From Euprymna scolopes (Eukaryota), in assembly GCA_053919585.1 (NCBI GenBank), contig CM132802.1: a stretch of DNA of 64,000 nt; one strand, given 5' to 3'. The translations under genes and the position numbers were made by a program. The notes beneath the pieces were generated by a model, which was not told the origin of the DNA, did no database searches, and saw nothing but the letters and a program-made list of their open reading frames with translations. Of this stretch, positions 25,866 to 37,600 are shown piece after piece (position 1 is the stretch's first letter; every line of letters begins with the position of its first letter).

Positions 25866-27205
25866 CAATATAAAATCAATAAATAATAAATAAAATCAAT
25901 AAATAATAAATAAAATAAATAAATAATAAATAAATCAATAAATAATAAATAAAATCAATAAATAATAAATAAAATCAATAAATAATAAATAAATGAATAA
26001 ATAATAAATAAAATCAATAAATAATAAATAAAATCAATAAATAATAAATAAAATCAATAAATAATAAATAAAATCAATAAATAATAAATAAATGAATAAA
26101 TAATAAATAAAATCAATAAATAATAAATAAATGAATAAATAATAAATAAAATCAATAAATAATAAATAAAATCAATAAATAATAAATAAAATCAATAAAT
26201 AATAAATAAAATCAATAAATAATAAATAAAATCAATAAATAATAAATAAAATCAATAAATAATAAATAAAATCAATAAATAATAAATAAAATCAATAAAT
26301 AATAAATAAATCAATAAATAATAAATAAAATCAATAAATAATAAATAAATGAATAAATAATAAATAAAATCAATAAATAATAAATAAAATCAATAAATAA
26401 TAAATAAAATCAATAAATAATAAATAAAATCAATAAATAATAAATAAAATCAATAAATAATAAATAAAATCAATAAATAATAAATAAAATCAATAAATAA
26501 TAAATAAAATAAATAAATAATAAATAAATCAATAAATAATAAATAAATGAATAAATAATAAATAAAATCAATAAATAATAAATAAAATCAATAAATAATA
26601 AATAAAATCAATAAATAATAAATAAAATCAATAAATAATAAATAAAATCAATAAATAATAAATAAAATCAATAAATAATAAATAAAATCAATAAATAATA
26701 AATAAATCAATAAATAATAAATAAATGAATAAATAATAAATAAAATCAATAAATAATAAATAAAATCAATAAATAATAAATAAAATCAATAAATAATAAA
26801 TAAAATCAATAAATAATAAATAAAATCAATAAATAATAAATAAAATCAATAAATAATAAATAAAATCAATAAATAATAAATAAATCAATAAATAATAAAT
26901 AAATCAATAAATAATAAATAAAATCAATAAATAATAAATAAAATCAATAAATAATAAATAAAATCAATAAATAATAAATAAAATCAATAAATAATAAATA
27001 AAATCAATAAATAATAAATAAAATCAATAAATAATAAATAAAATAAATAAATAATAAATAAATCAATAAATAATAAATAAATCAATAAATAATAAATAAA
27101 ATAAATAAATAATAAATAAAATCAATAAATAATAAATAAAATCAATAAATAATAAATAAAATAAATAAATAATAAATAAAATCAATAAATAATAAATAAA
27201 TAAAT
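25866..27205. repeat. 20-bp AT-rich minisatellite (aataaataataaataaaatc), ~66 copies
   Basis: Period of 20, with 19-bp and 'atg' variants. Confidence 0.97.
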
Positions 27206-27599
27206 AATCAAAATAAATAAATCTTAAAAACATTTTTGCAGGGGACGCTGTTTGTATATTATGCATTTTAAATTATAAACAACTATTTTGCAACTATCAA
27301 GAGGGGGGGGGGTCGTATCATTAGTAGTTGAGTTCTGTTTATTATCCAGTCAACCACAACTGGAGTCATTTTTGAAACCCAACCACAACTCGTGCTGTGC
27401 TATGATTGAATTCCAAGACAATAGACCTATGAAAAGGGAAGTGAAACATGCCGTGAAATGCAATTTTTAAAAAATTTATTTTCTTTCTTCTTTTTTTTTT
27501 TTTGCTTTTTCAAGATTTGAACCTGCTAAGCATTAATTGAGAACGGATTTGGCAAAATACAAAAACCAGGTTATTTTGCATCTTTTTTTAAAAAAATCT

Positions 27600-27966
27600 T
27601 TTATTTAATTATTGGAATTCTTTTGAGATGAGTAATTTGTATATATTTTTTTATTTCTTATTTATTTTTTATTTATTTTTTATTCATTTGCAGACTATTA
27701 TCCTCATCTTTATAGTTGTTATCACAACGTTTCAACCAACTATTCTTCTGGCCTTTGTTAGGGGGTAAACTGCAACGGGATAGGAATGCAGAGTCTCTTA
27801 ACTCACTCTCAGTAATTACTGCCTTCCATAGTTGTTGTCTTACTACGTTTTAGCCAACTAATCCTCTGGCTGGCTTTGGGTAGGATTGAAACCGCTATCT
27901 TCAGACAATGCTCACCTGGAACTGTAGAAAATGCCCATGAGGATAATAGTCCGCAAATAAATAAAT
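27600..27966 (-). mobile_element. Copy of the 12.5-kb hammerhead element family (long left arm plus short inverted end)
   Basis: Shares gactattatcctcatc, cacaacgtttc, aattactgccttccatagttgttgtc and ggattgaaaccgctatcttcag. Ends with the inverted atgaggataatagtccgcaaataaataaat. Confidence 0.8.
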
Positions 27967-28014
27967 CAAATCATCTTTTGATATTTGCAAATGAATCTTT
28001 CGATAAAAAGTAAG

Positions 28015-28150
28015 NNNNNNNNNNNNNNNNNNNNNNNNNNNNNNNNNNNNNNNNNNNNNNNNNNNNNNNNNNNNNNNNNNNNNNNNNNNNNNNNNNNNNN
28101 NNNNNNNNNNNNNNNNNNNNNNNNNNNNNNNNNNNNNNNNNNNNNNNNNN
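28015..28150. other. Assembly gap
   Basis: Run of N. Confidence 1.
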
Positions 28151-28410
28151 GAATAAAAGTCATGCATTTTATTATATCATCAGAACAATAAGTAAAAGTA
28201 CAAGGGGGAAAATTAAGGAAAACAAAAGAAAAGATTAAAAAAAGCTTGCTTGCTCCTCTTAATAATGTTGAGCTTTTATCTTGATAAGTTTTGCTTTGTT
28301 AAAGATATATTTTTGGATAAGATATATATATATATATATATATATAATATTTGTTTATTTCCCTAATATTATGTTGTGATTTGGCTTTCAAGCGCACTTG
28401 ATGCGTATTT

Positions 28411-28459
<49 letters not shown>

Positions 28460-28464
<5 letters not shown>

Positions 28465-28775
28465 AAATACGCATCAAGTGCGCTTGAAAGCCAAATCACA
28501 ACATAATATTAGGGAAATAAACAAATATTTTACTTGCTTGAAATTTATAACATAAATATATTTCGGAGCTACACTCCATCTTCAGTATGTAATTTTCTTC
28601 TTTCTTTTCTTCTTTTTTGCCATGTTGTAAAGATGGAGAAAGAAAAGTCTTTTGTAAAAAGCCGCGCATTGGATCGCAGCGGTTGTATTTCAAACAAGTA
28701 AAATATTCGTTTATTTTCCTAATATTAGGTTGTGATTTGGCTTTCAAGCGCACTTGATGCTTATTTGATTTTATT
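28460..28775. mobile_element. MITE-like element with ~85-bp TIRs next to (TA)n
   Basis: gcatcaagtgcgcttgaaagccaaatcacaac...tttacttgcttgaaat is mirrored by atttcaaacaagtaaaatatt...gttgtgatttggctttcaagcgcacttgatgc. Confidence 0.75.
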
Positions 28776-28908
28776 CAAATTAAATCAACGTTTCTATATG
28801 GAATTCACACCCTTGACGTTATTCTTGCGTTGCCTACGCACTGTTCCAACATGTCAAAATTAAGCTGCTGAGATCCAACGCGCGGCTCTTTACAAACAGA
28901 CTTGACAT

Positions 28909-28912
<4 letters not shown>

Positions 28913-28992
<80 letters not shown>
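28913..28992. repeat. (CA)n microsatellite
   Basis: Seen directly. Confidence 0.98.
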
Positions 28993-28999
<7 letters not shown>

Positions 29000-29029
29000 G
29001 GATAAAAACAGAGGTGGAAAAACTTAAAT

Positions 29030-29073
29030 ACTCGATGACGTTTCGCCCGTTTAATACAGGCCTTTTCAAGAGT
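29030..29073 (-). ncRNA. Minimal type I hammerhead ribozyme motif, U3-A8 core variant
   Basis: Minus strand: actc TTGAAAA g gcctgt attaa acgggc GAAA cgtc atc gagt. The same variant core occurs at ~54812-54855. Confidence 0.6.
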
Positions 29074-29150
29074 AAAAATGTAAAATTCTCACTGATGAGA
29101 AGATTAATTAAAAGTATATATAGAGTTGGAGGGGGGCAGTATATTATACA

Positions 29151-31221
29151 TATTTACATGTGTATATATAATATGTGCTAAAAAATTAATCATTGTCCAA
29201 ATTATTTACATGTGTATATATAATATGTGCTAAAAATATTAACCATTGTCCAAATTATTTACATGTGTATATACAATATGTGCTAAAAAATTAATCATTG
29301 TCCAAATTATTTACATGTGTATATATAATATGTGCTAAAAAAATTAACCATTGTCCAAATTATTTACATGTGCATATACAATATGTGCTAAAAAAATGAA
29401 CCATTATCCAAATTATTTACATGTGTATATATAATATGTGCTAAAAAAATTAACCATTGTCCAAATTATTTACATGTGTATATACAATATGTGCTAAAAA
29501 AATTAACCATTGTCCAAATTATTTACATGTGTATATATAATATGTGCTAAAAAAATTAACCATTGTCCAAATTATTTACATGTGCATATACAATATGTGC
29601 TAAAAAAATGAACCATTGTCCAAATTATTTACATGTGTATATATAATATGTGCTAAAAAAATTGACCATTGTCCAAATTATTTACATGTGTATATACAAT
29701 ATGTGCTAAAAAAATTGACCATTGTCCAAATTATTTACACATGTATATACAATATGTGTTAAAAAAATTGACCATTGTCCAAATTATTTACATGTGTATA
29801 TACAATATGTGCTAAAAAAATTGACCATTGTCCAAATTATTTACATGTGTATATACAATATGTGCTAAAAAAATTGACCATTGTCCAAATTATTTACATG
29901 TGTATATACAATATGTGCTAAAAAAATTGACCATTGTCCAAATTATTTACATGTGTATATACAATATGTGCTAAAAAAATGACCATTGTCCAAATTATTT
30001 ACATGTGTATATATATGTGCTAAAAAAATTGACCATTGTCCAAATTATTTACATGTGTATATACAATATGTGCTAAAAAAATTGACCATTGTCCAAATTA
30101 TTTACATGTGTATATATAATATGTGCTAAAAAAATTGACCATTGTCCAAATTATTTACATGTGTATATACAATATGTGCTAAAAAAATTGACCATTGTCC
30201 AAATTATTTACATGTGTATATACAATATGTGCTAAAAAAATTGACCATTGTCCAAATTATTTACATGTGTATATACAATATGTGCTAAAAAAATTGACCA
30301 TTGTCCAAATTATTTACATGTGTATATACAATATGTGCTAAAAAAATTGACCATTGTCCAAATTATTTACATGTGTATATATAATATGTGCTAAAAAAAT
30401 TGACCATTGTCCAAATTATTTACATGTGTATATACAATATGTGCTAAAAAAATTGACCATTGTCCAAATTATTTACATGTGTATATATAATATGTGCTAA
30501 AAAAATTGACCATTGTCCAAATTATTTACATGTGTATATACAATATGTGCTAAAAAAATTGACCATTGTCCAAATTATTTACATGTGTATATATAATATG
30601 TGCTAAAAAAATTGACCATTGTCCAAATTATTTACATGTGTATATACAATATGTGCTAAAAAAATTGACCATTGTCCAAATTATTTACATGTGTATATAT
30701 AATATGTGCTAAAAAAATTGACCATTGTCCAAATTATTTACATGTGTATATACAATATGTGCTAAAAAAATTGACCATTGTCCAAATTATTTACATGTGT
30801 ATATATAATATGTGCTAAAAAAATTGACCATTGTCCAAATTATTTACATGTGTATATACAATATGTGCTAAAAAAATTGACCATTGTCCAAATTATTTAC
30901 ATGTGTATATATAATATGTGCTAAAAAAATTGACCATTGTCCAAATTATTTACATGTGTATATACAATATGTGCTAAAAAAATTGACCATTGTCCAAATT
31001 ATTTACATGTGTATATACAATATGTGCTAAAAAAATTGACCATTGTCCAAATTATTTACATGTGTATATACAATATGTGCTAAAAAAATTGACCATTGTC
31101 CAAATTATTTACATGTGTATATACAATATGTGCTAAAAAAATTGACCATTGTCCAAATTATTTACATGTGTATATATAATATGTGCTAAAAAAATTGACC
31201 ATTGTCCAAATTATTTACATG
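29151..31221. repeat. 53-bp minisatellite (~39 copies) amplified from the PLE ORF-end/3'UTR
   Basis: Unit is tgtatatayaatatgtgctaaaaaaattgaccattgtccaaattatttacatg, with period 53 measured. A single unamplified homologue lies inverted at ~55185-55250. Confidence 0.97.
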
Positions 31222-31489
31222 GATGATTATTTTACCTAAGTTCAGAGAAATATTAAAAAATCCTTTCCTTTGTTTGATTACATTAGAGGCAGATGAGAGC
31301 GGATTCCACCAAACGACGTGTAGATTTATTGTGTAGTGGTTTTAGGATTGGTGCATTTTTAAAATCAAAATGGTGGTCGTGCTCCATAATATGGAAAAAA
31401 ATGGCGTTAAGGGTGTTGTTTTTTTATGTCCCTTTTATTCTCTTGTCGTTTCGCAATGTATATCAGTCACGGCAGGATATGGAGTATAT

Positions 31490-31541
31490 CCCTGAGTGGC
31501 TTCCGGACCTTGATAAGTGGTGATCACTGTATAAAAAAAAA
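31490..31541 (+). mobile_element. Extremely truncated LINE-A tail inserted into the PLE GIY motif
   Basis: ccctgagtggcttccggaccttgataagtggtgatcactgtat plus poly(A) matches 13579-13635. Flanked by tatat on both sides. Confidence 0.85.
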
Positions 31542-31670
31542 TATATATATATACCAACTTTTTATCTTGAAATTAGATTTGGGTTTATGGATAATATCTC
31601 TGATTGTTGAAAAGGTTATTTCAGATATTTCAATAATATTTGGTTTAGTTTTTTTGTATATGTCGTTGCT

Positions 31671-34600
31671 TTTACTATTGGTAGGTAGGATTATTATTTA
31701 CAATTGGTAGGTAGGATTATTATTTACAATTGGTAGGTAGGATTATTATTTACAATTGGTAGGTAGGATTATTATTTACAATTGGTAGGTAGGATTATTA
31801 TTTACAATTGGTAGGTAGGATTATTATTTACTATTGGTAGGTAGGATTATTATTTACTATTGGTAGGTAGGATTATTATTTACTATTGGTAGGTAGGATT
31901 ATTATTTACAATTGGTAGGTAGGATTATTATTTACAATTGGTAGGTAGGATTATTATTTACAATTGGTAGGTAGGATAATTATTTACAATTGGTAGGTAG
32001 GATTATTATTTACAATTGGTAGGTAGGATTATTATTTACAATTGGTAGGTAGGATTATTATTTACAATTGGTAGGTAGGATTATTATTTACAATTGGTAG
32101 GTAGGATTATTATTTACTATTGGTAGGTAGGATTATTATTTACTATTGGTAGGTAGGATTATTATTTACTATTGGTAGGTAGGATTATTATTTACTATTG
32201 GTAGGTAGGATTATTATTTACTATTGGTAGGTAGGATTATTATTTACAATTGGTAGGTAGGATTATTATTTACTATTGGTAGGTAGGATTATTATTTACT
32301 ATTGGTAGGTAGGATTATTATTTACTATTGGTAGGTAGGATTATTATTTACAATTGGTAGGTAGGATTATTATTTACTATTGGTAGGTAGGATTATTATT
32401 TACTATTGGTAGGTAGGATTATTATTTACTATTGGTAGGTAGGATTATTATTTACTATTGGTAGGTAGGATTATTATTTACAATTGGTAGGTAGGATTAT
32501 TATTTACTATTGGTAGGTAGGATTATTATTTACAATTGGTAGGTAGGATTATTATTTACTATTGGTAGGTAGGATTATTATTTACTATTGGTAGGTAGGA
32601 TTATTATTTACTATTGGTAGGTAGGATTATTATTTACAATTGGTAGGTAGGATTATTATTTACTATTGGTAGGTAGGATTATTATTTACAATTGGTAGGT
32701 AGGATTATTATTTACTATTGGTGGGTAGGATTATTATTTACTATTGGTAGGTAGGATTATTATTTACTATTGGTAGGTAGGATTATTATTTACAATTGGT
32801 AGGTATGATTATTATTTACAATTGGTAGGTAGGATTATTATTTACTATTGGTAGGTAGGATTATTATTTACTATTGGTAGGTAGGATTATTATTTACTAT
32901 TGGTAGGTAGGATTATTATTTACTATTGGTAGGTAGGATTATTATTTACAATTGGTAGGTAGGATTATTATTTACAATTGGTAGGTAGGATTATTATTTA
33001 CAATTGGTAGGTAGGATTATTATTTACAATTGGTAGGTAGGATTATTATTTACTATTGGTAGGTAGGATTATTATTTACAATTGGTAGGTAGGATTATTA
33101 TTTACAATTGGTAGGTAGGATTATTATTTACTATTGGTAGGTAGGATTATTATTTACAATTGGTAGGTAGGATTATTATTTACAATTGGTAGGTAGGATT
33201 ATTATTTACAATTGGTAGGTAGGATTATTATTTACTATTGGTAGGTAGGATTATTATTTACAATTGGTAGGTAGGATTATTATTTACTATTGGTAGGTAG
33301 GATTATTATTTACAATTGGTAGGTAGGATTATTATTTACTATTGGTAGGTAGGATTATTATTTACAATTGGTAGGTAGGATAATTATTTACTATTGGTAG
33401 GTAGGATTATTATTTACAATTGGTAGGTAGGATTATTATTTACAATTGGTAGGTAGGATTATTATTTACTATTGGTAGGTAGGATTATTATTTACTATTG
33501 GTAGGTAGGATTATTATTTACAATTGGTAGGTAGGATTATTATTTACTATTGGTAGGTAGGATTATTATTTACAATTGGTAGGTAGGATTATTATTTACT
33601 ATTGGTAGGTAGGATTATTATTTACTATTGGTAGGTAGGATTATTATTTACTATTGGTAGGTAGGATTATTATTTACTATTGGTAGGTAGGATTATTATT
33701 TACTATTGGTAGGTAGGATTATTATTTACAATTGGTAGGTAGGATTATTATTTACTATTGGTAGGTAGGATTATTATTTACTATTGGTAGGTAGGATTAT
33801 TATTTACTATTGGTAGGTAGGATTATTATTTACAATTGGTAGGTAGGATTATTATTTACTATTGGTAGGTAGGATTATTATTTACAATTGGTAGGTAGGA
33901 TTATTATTTACTATTGGTAGGGTAGGATTATTATTTACTATTGGTAGGTAGGATTATTATTTACTATTGGTAGGTAGGATTATTATTTACAATTGGTAGG
34001 TAGGATTATTATTTACAATTGGTAGGTAGGATTATTATTTACTATTGGTAGGTAGGATTATTATTTACTATTGGTAGGTAGGATTATTATTTACAATTGG
34101 TAGGTAGGATTATTATTTACTATTGGTAGGTAGGATTATTATTTACAATTGGTAGGTAGGATTATTATTTACAATTGGTAGGTAGGATTATTATTTACAA
34201 TTGGTAGGTAGGATTATTATTTACAATTGGTAGGTAGGATTATTATTTACTATTGGTAGGTAGGATTATTATTTACAATTGGTAGGTAGGATTATTATTT
34301 ACAATTGGTAGGTAGGATTATTATTTACTATTGGTAGGTAGGATTATTATTTACAATTGGTAGGTAGGATTATTATTTACTATTGGTAGGTAGGATTATT
34401 ATTTACAATTGGTAGGTAGGATTATTATTTACTATTGGTAGGTAGGATTATTATTTACAATTGGTAGGTAGGATTATTATTTACTATTGGTAGGTAGGAT
34501 TATTATTTACAATTGGTAGGTAGGATTATTATTTACTATTGGTAGGTAGGATTATTATTTACAATTGGTAGGTAGGATTATTATTTACTATTGGTAGGTA

Positions 34601-37600
34601 GGATTATTATTTACAATTGGTAGGTAGGATTATTATTTACAATTGGTAGGTAGGATTATTATTTACAATTGGTAGGTAGGATTATTATTTACTATTGGTA
34701 GGTAGGATTATTATTTACAATTGGTAGGTAGGATTATTATTTACAATTGGTAGGTAGGATTATTATTTACTATTGGTAGGTAGGATTATTATTTACAATT
34801 GGTAGGTAGGATTATTATTTACAATTGGTAGGTAGGATTATTATTTACAATTGGTAGGTAGGATTATTATTTACAATTGGTAGGTAGGATTATTATTTAC
34901 AATTGGTAGGTAGGATTATTATTTACAATTGGTAGGTAGGATTATTATTTACAATTGGTAGGTAGGATTATTATTTACTATTGGTAGGTAGGATTATTAT
35001 TTACAATTGGTAGGTAGGATTATTATTTACAATTGGTAGGTAGGATTATTATTTACAATTGGTAGGTAGGATTATTATTTACTATTGGTAGGTAGGATTA
35101 TTATTTACAATTGGTAGGTAGGATTATTATTTACTATTGGTAGGTAGGATTATTATTTACAATTGGTAGGTAGGATTATTATTTACAATTGGTAGGTAGG
35201 ATTATTATTTACAATTGGTAGGTAGGATTATTATTTACTATTGGTAGGTAGGATTATTATTTACTATTGGTAGGTAGGATTATTATTTACAATTGGTAGG
35301 TAGGATTATTATTTACAATTGGTAGGTAGGATTATTATTTACTATTGGTAGGTAGGATTATTATTTACTATTGGTAGGTAGGATTATTATTTACTATTGG
35401 TAGGTAGGATTATTATTTACAATTGGTAGGTAGGATTATTATTTACAATTGGTAGGTAGGATTATTATTTACAATTGGTAGGTAGGATTATTATTTACTA
35501 TTGGTAGGTAGGATTATTATTTACAATTGGTAGGTAGGATTATTATTTACTATTGGTAGGTAGGATTATTATTTACAATTGGTAGGTAGGATTATTATTT
35601 ACTATTGGTAGGTAGGATTATTATTTACAATTGGTAGGTAGGATTATTATTTACTATTGGTAGGTAGGATTATTATTTACTATTGGTAGGTAGGATTATT
35701 ATTTACTATTGGTAGGTAGGATTATTATTTACAATTGGTAGGTAGGATTATTATTTACAATTGGTAGGTAGGATTATTATTTACTATTGGTAGGTAGGAT
35801 TATTATTTACTATTGGTAGGTAGGATTATTATTTACAATTGGTAGGTAGGATTATTATTTACAATTGGTAGGTAGGATTATTATTTACAATTGGTAGGTA
35901 GGATTATTATTTACAATTGGTAGGTAGGATTATTATTTACAATTGGTAGGTAGGATTATTATTTACAATTGGTAGGTAGGATTATTATTTACTATTGGTA
36001 GGTAGGATTATTATTTACAATTGGTAGGTAGGATTATTATTTACTATTGGTAGGTAGGATTATTATTTACAATTGGTAGGTAGGATTATTATTTACAATT
36101 GGTAGGTAGGATTATTATTTACAATTGGTAGGTAGGATTATTATTTACTATTGGTAGGTAGGATTATTATTTACAATTGGTAGGTAGGATTATTATTTAC
36201 AATTGGTAGGTAGGATTATTATTTACAATTGGTAGGTAGGATTATTATTTACAATTGGTAGGTAGGATTATTATTTACAATTGGTAGGTAGGATTATTAT
36301 TTACAATTGGTAGGTAGGATTATTATTTACAATTGGTAGGTAGGATTATTATTTACAATTGGTAGGTAGGATTATTATTTACTATTGGTAGGTAGGATTA
36401 TTATTTACAATTGGTAGGTAGGATTATTATTTACTATTGGTAGGTAGGATTATTATTTACTATTGGTAGGTAGTATTATTATTTACTATTGGTAGGTAGG
36501 ATTATTATTTACAATTGGTAGGTAGGATTATTATTTACTATTGGTAGGTAGGATTATTATTTACAATTGGTAGGTAGGATTATTATTTACTATTGGTAGG
36601 TAGGATTATTATTTACAATTGGTAGGTAGGATTATTATTTACTATTGGTAGGTAGGATTATTATTTACAATTGGTAGGTAGGATTATTATTTACTATTGG
36701 TAGGTAGGATTATTATTTACTATTGGTAGGTAGGATTATTATTTACTATTGGTAGGTAGGATTATTATTTACAATTGGTAGGTAGGATTATTATTTACTA
36801 TTGGTAGGTAGGATTATTATTTACTATTGGTAGGTAGGATTATTATTTACTATTGGTAGGTAGGATTATTATTTACAATTGGTAGGTAGGATTATTATTT
36901 ACAATTGGTAGGTAGGATTATTATTTACAATTGGTAGGTAGGATTATTATTTACTATTGGTAGGTAGGATTATTATTTACAATTGGTAGGTAGGATTATT
37001 ATTTACTATTGGTAGGTAGGATTATTATTTACAATTGGTAGGTAGGATTATTATTTACTATTGGTAGGTAGGATTATTATTTACAATTGGTAGGTAGGAT
37101 TATTATTTACTATTGGTAGGTAGGATTATTATTTACAATTGGTAGGTAGGATTATTATTTACTATTGGTAGGTAGGATTATTATTTACTATTGGTAGGTA
37201 GGATTATTATTTACTATTGGTAGGTAGGATTATTATTTACTATTGGTAGGTAGGATTATTATTTACTATTGGTAGGTAGGATTATTATTTACTATTGGTA
37301 GGTAGGATTATTATTTACTATTGGTAGGTAGGATTATTATTTACTATTGGTAGGTAGGATTATTATTTACTATTGGTAGGTAGGATTATTATTTACTATT
37401 GGTAGGTAGGATTATTATTTACTATTGGTAGGTAGGATTATTATTTACTATTGGTAGGTAGGATTATTATTTACAATTGGTAGGTAGGATTATTATTTAC
37501 TATTGGTAGGTAGGATTATTATTTACTATTGGTAGGTAGGATTATTATTTACTATTGGTAGGTAGGATTATTATTTACTATTGGTAGGTAGGATTATTAT

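Larger units (their letters stand above)
28996..31695 (-). mobile_element. Penelope-like retroelement 3' portion: GIY-YIG endonuclease remnant, 3'UTR/pLTR and hammerhead motif
   Basis: Manual minus-strand translation of 31695-31222 with frameshifts: IIILPTNSKSNDIYKK...TIRDIIHKPK..KVGIY / IYSISCRD* / YI(G)ETTR..RIK.HK / NNTLNAIF.HIMEHDHHFDFKNAPILKPLHNKSTRRLVESALI..NVIKQRKGFFNIS. Hammerhead-like motif at 29030-29073. Confidence 0.85.

Noticed and set aside
28346-28530. Perfect inverted repeat around (TA)n
   Set aside because: The identical arm lies between two (TA)n tracts near a gap, so it is probably an assembly flip of the adjacent MITE end.
29151-31221. CRISPR-like repeat
   Set aside because: Head-to-tail near-identical units with no spacers.
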